From Candidatus Nomurabacteria bacterium (lineage in GTDB: Bacteria; Patescibacteriota; Minisyncoccia; Phycocordibacterales; SBAW01), in the NCBI GenBank assembly GCA_943356495.1, contig CALRFF010000002.1:99826-163825 (forward strand): a stretch of DNA of 64,000 nt, read 5' to 3'. Numbering within the stretch: the first letter of the stretch is position 1; each line of letters begins with the position of its first letter. This document shows positions 55,106-64,000 of this stretch, piece by piece. The position numbers and the translations under genes are program-made. The notes under the pieces were generated by a model. It saw nothing but the letters and a program-made list of their open reading frames with translations. It ran no database searches and had not been told where the DNA came from.

Positions 55106-55159
55106 CCTTTCCCAAACTCTCGCCGTTATAGAGGGCGAGTAATAGCAATATAGTTAACA

Positions 55160-55186
55160 AAACCCCCGCTCGCGCGGGGGTTTTGT
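55160..55186 (+). terminator. rho-independent terminator after rplL
   Basis: aaaacccccgctcgcgcgggggtttt. Confidence 0.7.
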
Positions 55187-55570
55187 TATGCCTGCACTCC
55201 GTAGCTTTAGCGGAGGAGTGTAACTTCAGGTGTAGTGGACGAGTAATAAACAACGGACGGACTGACAGCGGTGGCCTGAGGGTTACACCATAAGAGCTAG
55301 ACCCTTCAGCTCCGTCCCCATCGCAAGCCTCTTACTTTTGTAAGAGGCTTATTTTTTGCATGGGATACTAAGGGTAGTTGCACGAAGCAGGGAGGCTCGC
55401 ATGCCGCTGCAGTTTTTGCCGCTTATTTACATCAGAATTTTCTTCCCGTGGCTTGCGCCATGGTTCAGGGTGCCGGCCGCCGAAACGCACCCGGCCGAGT
55501 AATGGAGAGCCCCCTTTGCACGGGGGCTTTTTTCTGCGTAGAATAGGCCTCTACCGATTGACCAAATCCC

Positions 55571-56155
55571 ATGAAATCCGACCCGCTCTGCAAACTCTTC
55601 GGCTCGACCGCACGCATTAAACTCCTTCGTTTATTTTTATTTAATCCGCGCCTTACCTACACCGTGCCCGACGCCGCCCAGCGTGCCCGCGTACCGGAGC
55701 GCACCGCTCGCCGCGAGATAACCCTGTTCGTATCGGCCGGTTTAGTAAAGCGCGCGCGTCTGCGCAGCGCCGGCGCGCGTTTCGGGCTTAACGCCGACTT
55801 TGGCTATGTGACGGCACTGCAAAACTTGCTCCTTAACGCGCCGGCGCGCGGCGCGGATATTGCCGAGCATTTGCGCCCGAGCGGTGCGATAAAACTGGTT
55901 ATACTGTCGGGTATTTTTATGGGTGAGTGGGAGGGGCGCGTGGATTTGTTGGTGGTAGGGGACCGCATGAAGGAACCTAAGCTCCGCATGGCGGTGCGCC
56001 GGCTCGAGGCGGAGCTCGGCAAAGAGGTCCGCTACAGCCTGCTTACCACGGAGCAGTTTTTTTACCGCATGGGGCTCAATGACCACCTAGTGCGTGATGT
56101 CTTGGACTACCCGCACAAGATTGTCTTCGACAAGCTTAATATTGGCCTCAAATAA
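55571..56155 (+). CDS. hypothetical protein with N-terminal winged-HTH-like segment
   Basis: ORF of 194 aa. N-terminus TARIKLLRLFLFNPRLTYTVPDAAQRARVPERTARREITLFVSAGLVKR resembles a wHTH. Confidence 0.4.
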   Translation: MKSDPLCKLFGSTARIKLLRLFLFNPRLTYTVPDAAQRARVPERTARREITLFVSAGLVKRARLRSAGARFGLNADFGYVTALQNLLLNAPARGADIAEHLRPSGAIKLVILSGIFMGEWEGRVDLLVVGDRMKEPKLRMAVRRLEAELGKEVRYSLLTTEQFFYRMGLNDHLVRDVLDYPHKIVFDKLNIGLK

Positions 56156-56275
56156 GCCTATTTTGGGCCTGCCTGCCGGCAAAGGCAGGTATCCACACAG
56201 GCCTATTGTAAGAGGGCGGGGGTTGCTACAATTAGGGGGTCGAATTTAATAGATTATTAACTAACCAATTTTAGT

Positions 56276-56959
56276 ATGATCGTTTCTAATTGGACGGTAG
56301 CGCTCCAACAGTCGTTCAACAACCTGTTGTGGTGGACCGTCAACTTCATTCCGCAGTTCGTACTTGCGGTCGTTATCTTTGTGGTGGGCTGGTTCATCGC
56401 GACCCTTATCGGCCGCGTTGTGGCACAGGCTATCCGCGCTATCCGCGTTGACCATGCGTTGCGCACTGCCGGCGTTGACGACATCGTCACCCGCGCGGGC
56501 TACAAGCTTGACTCCGGCGAGTTCATCGGCGGGCTTGTTAAGTGGTTCCTCATCATCGTGGTGCTCTGGGCGGCGTTGACGGTTATGGGCCTTACGGCGG
56601 TCACCGGCTTTATCCAGCTGGCGCTCTTGCCGCTCTTGGGCCGCGTAATCGTTGCGGCGTTCATCATTATGATCGCAGCAGTCGTTGCCGAAGTAACGCA
56701 GGGCGTAGTAACCGGCGCGGCTCGCGCTGCGGGCATCGCCTCGGCGGGTGTTGCCGGTACGGTAGCACGCTGGGCTATCTGGGTGTTCGCTATTTTGGCG
56801 GCGCTCGACCAGCTCCAGATCGCTCCGGGCGTAACGCAGGTGCTTTCGACGGGTATCGTCGTAGCGCTCGCGCTTGCGTTTGGTCTTGCCTTCGGCCTTG
56901 GTGGTCAGGAGGCGGCGGCTCGCGCTATAGAAAAAGCGCGTTCCGGTATGCGCGACTAA
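56276..56959 (+). CDS. membrane protein with repeated conserved-TM-helix segments
   Basis: Multiple TM helices with a repeated pattern (VVGWFIATLIGRVVAQAI, VAAFIIMIAAVVAEVTQGVV). It is followed by a terminator at 56982-57010. Confidence 0.45.
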   Translation: MIVSNWTVALQQSFNNLLWWTVNFIPQFVLAVVIFVVGWFIATLIGRVVAQAIRAIRVDHALRTAGVDDIVTRAGYKLDSGEFIGGLVKWFLIIVVLWAALTVMGLTAVTGFIQLALLPLLGRVIVAAFIIMIAAVVAEVTQGVVTGAARAAGIASAGVAGTVARWAIWVFAILAALDQLQIAPGVTQVLSTGIVVALALAFGLAFGLGGQEAAARAIEKARSGMRD

Positions 56960-57041
56960 TTAAGTCTCCAAGTTCTCAAAAAAGCTCCGGCCAGTTGCCG
57001 GGGCTTTTTTATTTTGGTTAACTGCGGGTAGACGTATAAGT

Positions 57042-57302
57042 ATGGAGGCGACGATGGCAAGTAAACCGATTATCAGGCGCGATGAGCTTGTGGTGCATCT
57101 CAAGCATCGCTTGGGCCAAGTGAGCATCGACAAGCGGACCGTGCTCGAAAAGGTCCACGGCATGCCGGAGGCGATGGTGAGCCTCCGGCTCGATGCGCTC
57201 ATCGGCGAAATGACCATGCGCGTTGCGGTCGAAGCTATGTACGAGGAGCTCAAAGAGCGCATCGGCGCCGAGCCCGAAAACGGCGTCCAGTTCGTCGACT
57301 AA
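57042..57302 (+). CDS. small hypothetical protein (86 aa)
   Basis: ORF preceded by AGGAGG-like tatggaggcgacgATG and followed by a terminator at 57303-57332. Confidence 0.3.
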   Translation: MEATMASKPIIRRDELVVHLKHRLGQVSIDKRTVLEKVHGMPEAMVSLRLDALIGEMTMRVAVEAMYEELKERIGAEPENGVQFVD

Positions 57303-57364
57303 GCCCCCGGCCGCCCATTAGGGCGGCCCTTTTCTTGCCCAAAATGCCCTTATTTTGGTTGAGT

Positions 57365-57393
57365 TTGACACGCCTTAGGCCCTCCTATATACT
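57365..57393 (+). promoter_or_regulatory. candidate strong sigma70 promoter of the 23S-5S rRNA operon
   Basis: TTGACA at 57365-57370, a 17-nt spacer, then TATACT at 57388-57393, about 275 nt upstream of the mature 23S 5' end. Confidence 0.5.
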
Positions 57394-57667
57394 GACCTCT
57401 ACAAGATATGTTGATCACAAAAGACCTTATGAAGCGCCATCGGTAAGCCCTTCGGGTTTTGCCTGCGGCCGCTTCGAAAGAAGCGGTTTTTTGTTTCAAG
57501 GATATCTTCGGCCTTTGACAACTGAATTCTGTCACGCAGCACCACGTTTGAGACGTGGGTCTTTTGTGGGTGTGGAGACAGGCAGGTAAAAAAATCAAAA
57601 AGAAGAAAAGTAGAACAACAAATTATTGCGGTCCTTAAGTCCTCTTCTCTCAAACAAAGGGAAGAGA

Positions 57668-60935
<3,268 letters not shown>

Positions 60936-61030
60936 TTCGCCTCCCGCAAGGGAGGCGGGGAGAAGAGGATATTGAGGATCGCAATAATTTGTTGTTACCT
61001 TACTTTTGATTTTTTTTGGACTTTGTACTC

Positions 61031-61142
61031 TGGTGGTTCAACGGCGGGGTCACACCCGTTCTCTTTCCGAACACGGAAGTTAAGCTCGCTAGTGGCGATG
61101 GTAGTCACTGTTACAGGTGGCCAGAGTAGCTAACCGCCAGAG
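61031..61142 (+). rRNA. rrf: 5S ribosomal RNA
   Basis: tctggtggttcaacggcggggtcacacccgttctctttccgaacacggaagttaagctcgctagtggcgatggtagtcactg...ccagagtagctaaccgccaga matches the 5S consensus (helix I pairing tctggtgg/ccgccaga, loop C ccgaac). Confidence 0.85.
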
Positions 61143-61190
61143 TAGAAGGTCTAAAACCTATATTTGACAACGCGCTTTCGGGCGTGATTT

Positions 61191-61961
61191 TTGCGTTACA
61201 ATAGACGCATGGCATTGAGTTGGGGTAAACGCAGGAAGTTTTTGTATACCGCCGTGGCGGGAGTACTTGGGCTTGTGGTGTTGGTGTACGGCTACGCTAC
61301 CTTTTTTATCACTACGCCCACGTGCACCGACGGTGTACTCAATGGTACCGAGCATGGCATAGACTGCGGCGGCGGCTGCGCACTGGTGTGCCGCAACGAG
61401 GCCGAAGCACCTAAAGTGCTTTGGAGCCGCGTCTTTAAAGTAAGCGAGGGCTCCTACACCGCAGCCGCGTACATACAAAACGACAACCCCGGCGCCGGCG
61501 CCAAACGTGTTGCCTACTCGTTTCAACTTTTTGACGAGGAAAATCAGCTTATTATCGAGCGCAACGGCATCGTAGACTTGCCGCCGGTGCAAACTATCCC
61601 GATTATCGATGCCAATATTCCGTTGGCTAACCGCGCCCCGACGCGGGTGCTGTTTGGTTTTTCGGGCGTGCCGGTATGGGAGAAAGTCGCCGCAACCAAA
61701 ATTCCCAAACTGCGTATCACCGCGCAAAGCCTTGCGCTCGACGGTTCTAAACTGCAGGCAACACTCAGCAACGAGTCGACCGTCGATGCGCGCAATGTTA
61801 CCTTAGGAGCCGTTTTGTTTGATGCTTCCGGCACCGCGCGCGCGGCAAGCAAAAGCACGCTCAATGTTTCTAAAAAGTCTTCTACGCCGGTGGTATTTAC
61901 CTTCCCCGGCGGGGTACAGGGCGTGGTGCGCGCCGAAATTACGGTGCTACCGTCGTTCTGA
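61191..61961 (+). CDS. hypothetical membrane-anchored protein (256 aa)
   Basis: N-terminal TM (FLYTAVAGVLGLVVLVYGYATFFI), a Cys-rich segment, and a beta-rich domain. Confidence 0.45.
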   Translation: MRYNRRMALSWGKRRKFLYTAVAGVLGLVVLVYGYATFFITTPTCTDGVLNGTEHGIDCGGGCALVCRNEAEAPKVLWSRVFKVSEGSYTAAAYIQNDNPGAGAKRVAYSFQLFDEENQLIIERNGIVDLPPVQTIPIIDANIPLANRAPTRVLFGFSGVPVWEKVAATKIPKLRITAQSLALDGSKLQATLSNESTVDARNVTLGAVLFDASGTARAASKSTLNVSKKSSTPVVFTFPGGVQGVVRAEITVLPSF

Positions 61962-61973
61962 TACAGTAGGTGG

Positions 61974-63116
61974 GTGACTCCGATTTCCCTTACCGCCACT
62001 AAAAAAAGTTCGGTCGATTGGTTGATGCTCGGGAGCGCTTTGGTGCTTGCGGCATTAGGGCTTATTACGATGAGCTCGTTTCAATCGCAGGACCCGTTTT
62101 TGTTGCGGCAGCTGGCATGGATAGTGGTGGGTCTTGTCGCTTTTTTTGTTGCGGCGCAGGTTGACTGGCGCTTTTTGCGCCGCTCGGGCGTGGCGGCCGG
62201 TCTGTATGCGCTTTTGCTCTTGCCGCTCCTTTTTCTTATTATCGCCGGTACCGCTATATTGGGCGCCAAGAGTTGGTTTGACTTCGGTATAGCGGCGTTT
62301 CAACCCACCGAGTTCGTTAAGCTGGCGCTTATTATCGTGCTCGCTAAATATTTTTCGCGGCGCCATATCGAAATAGCAAACTTTCGCCATATCTTTGTCT
62401 CGGGCGCATACGCGGCGGTTATGTTTTTATTGGTGGCGCTGCAGCCGGACTTCGGCTCGGCTATTATTATTTTTTGCATCTGGCTGGGGCTGGTGCTGTG
62501 CTCGGGGCTTTCGCGCATGCACTTGCTCGCTATCCTGACGCTCGGTGTAGTCGCCTTTGCGGGATTGTGGCTCTTTGGTTTTAGGGACTACCAAAAGCAG
62601 CGCATTATGACGTTTATCGCGCCCAGCGACATTCATGGCGCGGGCTACAACGCGTATCAATCAACCGTTGCGGTAGGCTCCGGCGAATTGTTGGGCAAAG
62701 GGATAGGATACGGCACGCAAAGCAAACTCCGCTTTTTGCCCGAGTATCAAACTGACTTTATTTTTGCCGCCTATGCGGAAGAGTGGGGGTTTGTCGGCGT
62801 AGTTATAGGCCTCGCGCTCTATGGGGTATTGTTTTGGCGGCTTTTGCGCGCGGCCGCGCGCGGTGCATCAAACTTTGAAACACTCTTTATATTGGGTGTG
62901 CTGTGTTACTTTGCGGCGCATGTGGTGCTCCATGCGGGTATTAACCTCGGGGTCCTGCCGGTAACGGGTACGACTATACCCTTTATGAGCTACGGCGGCT
63001 CGCACCTGCTGGCGGAGTTTTTGGCGCTCGGCATGGTTGCCGGCATGAGCGCCTACTCGCGCGTGGCCCACCCGCAAGCCTTGCAGCGCGACTGGGCCGG
63101 CGGCTATGATCGCTAA
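61974..63116 (+). CDS. SEDS-family peptidoglycan glycosyltransferase (FtsW/RodA/SpoVE)
   Basis: Ten TM helices. The conserved segments read FQPTEFVKLALIIVLAKYFS and PVTGTTIPFMSYGGSHLLAEFLALGMV. Confidence 0.85.
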   Translation: MTPISLTATKKSSVDWLMLGSALVLAALGLITMSSFQSQDPFLLRQLAWIVVGLVAFFVAAQVDWRFLRRSGVAAGLYALLLLPLLFLIIAGTAILGAKSWFDFGIAAFQPTEFVKLALIIVLAKYFSRRHIEIANFRHIFVSGAYAAVMFLLVALQPDFGSAIIIFCIWLGLVLCSGLSRMHLLAILTLGVVAFAGLWLFGFRDYQKQRIMTFIAPSDIHGAGYNAYQSTVAVGSGELLGKGIGYGTQSKLRFLPEYQTDFIFAAYAEEWGFVGVVIGLALYGVLFWRLLRAAARGASNFETLFILGVLCYFAAHVVLHAGINLGVLPVTGTTIPFMSYGGSHLLAEFLALGMVAGMSAYSRVAHPQALQRDWAGGYDR

Positions 63117-64000
63117 TACAGCGATAGTGTTTTGGCGTGCATGGCCTCAAGGCCGAAGTTTGCTACTACGTGTTTGCGCAAGGCGACGCCAAAGCGTTGA
63201 CGCAATGCTCCGTCGCGCAACAGGCGCTCCAGCGCCTCGGCAAGCGCGCGCGGGTCATCGCGTTTTACCAGCAGGCCGCTTTGTTCGTCAGTAACTATTT
63301 CCGGTATGCCGCCCACGCGGGTTGCTACCACCGGCAGTCCGGCGTATCCGGCCTCGATAAGCGCGTAGCTTAACGCCTCGGTGTGCGAAGGGAGCGCAAA
63401 CAGGTCGAGCGCCAACAAGTGGCGCGGGCCGTCGATAACGTGGCCAAGGAGGAGTACGCGGCCCTGCAGGCTTTCCTCTCCGATAATCGTTTCAAGAAAA
63501 CGGCGCTCGTTGCCCTCGCCCATAATAACCACCACCAAATCGTGGCCCTTGCGCACCAGTATGCCGGCCGCGCGAATAAGGTTGTGCAGGCCTTTGTTCC
63601 AACTTAGTTCCGCCAATGTGCCAAGCCAGATGCTTTCGGGGGAGAGCGCGGAGCCCGTGGGTATCTTGCCGGCCAACGCTACACGCGCACTACCCGCGTC
63701 TATAAAATGAGGCTCCGCGAGCCCGTTGTGTATAAGCACTATCTTGCGCCGCGCAAACCACATGTGCCGAGCATCGCGGACAACAGCCTCCGACACGGCA
63801 ATAGTGACGTCGCACAGCGCCACCGTGAGGTAGTGCAGCAGATAAATAGGGAACCGTTGCCACAAAGGCCGGGGCTCGTTAAACGCCCATCCGTGCGCGG
63901 TAAATATAATCCGGTCGATGCTGGAAAAGCGGCCGGCTATTGCACCCAGTATCCCTATTTTTGAGCTATTAAGATGCACCGCGTTTGGCCGCTCGGCATC
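63113..64000 (-). CDS. glycosyltransferase family 4 (GT-B, GT1/GT4), N-terminus beyond window end
   Basis: The C-terminal domain reads EAGYAGLPVVATRVGGIPEIVTDEQSGLLV (the E-x7-E region). The ORF runs off the window at 64000. Confidence 0.75.
   Translation of the reverse strand, partial: DAERPNAVHLNSSKIGILGAIAGRFSSIDRIIFTAHGWAFNEPRPLWQRFPIYLLHYLTVALCDVTIAVSEAVVRDARHMWFARRKIVLIHNGLAEPHFIDAGSARVALAGKIPTGSALSPESIWLGTLAELSWNKGLHNLIRAAGILVRKGHDLVVVIMGEGNERRFLETIIGEESLQGRVLLLGHVIDGPRHLLALDLFALPSHTEALSYALIEAGYAGLPVVATRVGGIPEIVTDEQSGLLVKRDDPRALAEALERLLRDGALRQRFGVALRKHVVANFGLEAMHAKTLSLY

Overview
This 64 kb window is high-GC (about 60%) bacterial chromosome packed with housekeeping genes. The gene content is consistent with a reduced-genome, CPR/Patescibacteria-like lineage, but that is an inference. 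The supporting observations are the secE-nusG-rplK genes followed by no rplA, a 23S-5S rRNA operon without 16S, a ~280-nt insertion in 23S, and many DGR/RT elements.

Housekeeping genes recognised from the translations:
- secE, nusG, rplK, and rplJ-rplL far downstream.
- A dcd-thyA-folA / tmk-glyA thymidylate cluster.
- argS, ileS, glyQS and metG.
- recO, tatD, the rpsF-ssb-rpsR operon, efp, recA, ftsK, an ECF sigma factor and a SEDS (FtsW/RodA-family) protein.
- tRNA-His.

The most striking element is a complete diversity-generating retroelement (DGR) at 28.8-31.3 kb. Its parts are:
- A 227-aa target gene with a C-terminal variable repeat (VR).
- A 132-nt template repeat (TR) that differs from the VR at 19 positions, every one an adenine in the TR.
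- An Avd-like gene on the opposite strand.
- A DGR-type reverse transcriptase (RT).

Other unusual features:
- A lower-GC 5.8 kb island at the left end. It carries a second, non-DGR reverse transcriptase with an upstream noncoding region and an unknown ORF. Next to it is a large serine recombinase embedded in nested perfect inverted repeats of about 100 bp.
- A histidine-phosphatase (PGAM-like) domain inserted inside isoleucyl-tRNA synthetase.
- A 26-bp perfect palindrome that flanks a TrpR/YerC-like gene on both sides and occurs a third time in-frame inside the DGR RT.
- An MIO-type ammonia-lyase next to an adenylate-forming enzyme.
- A 1124-aa surface protein with a peptidoglycan-binding domain.

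Many long antisense ORFs in the six-frame track are treated as GC-driven artefacts.
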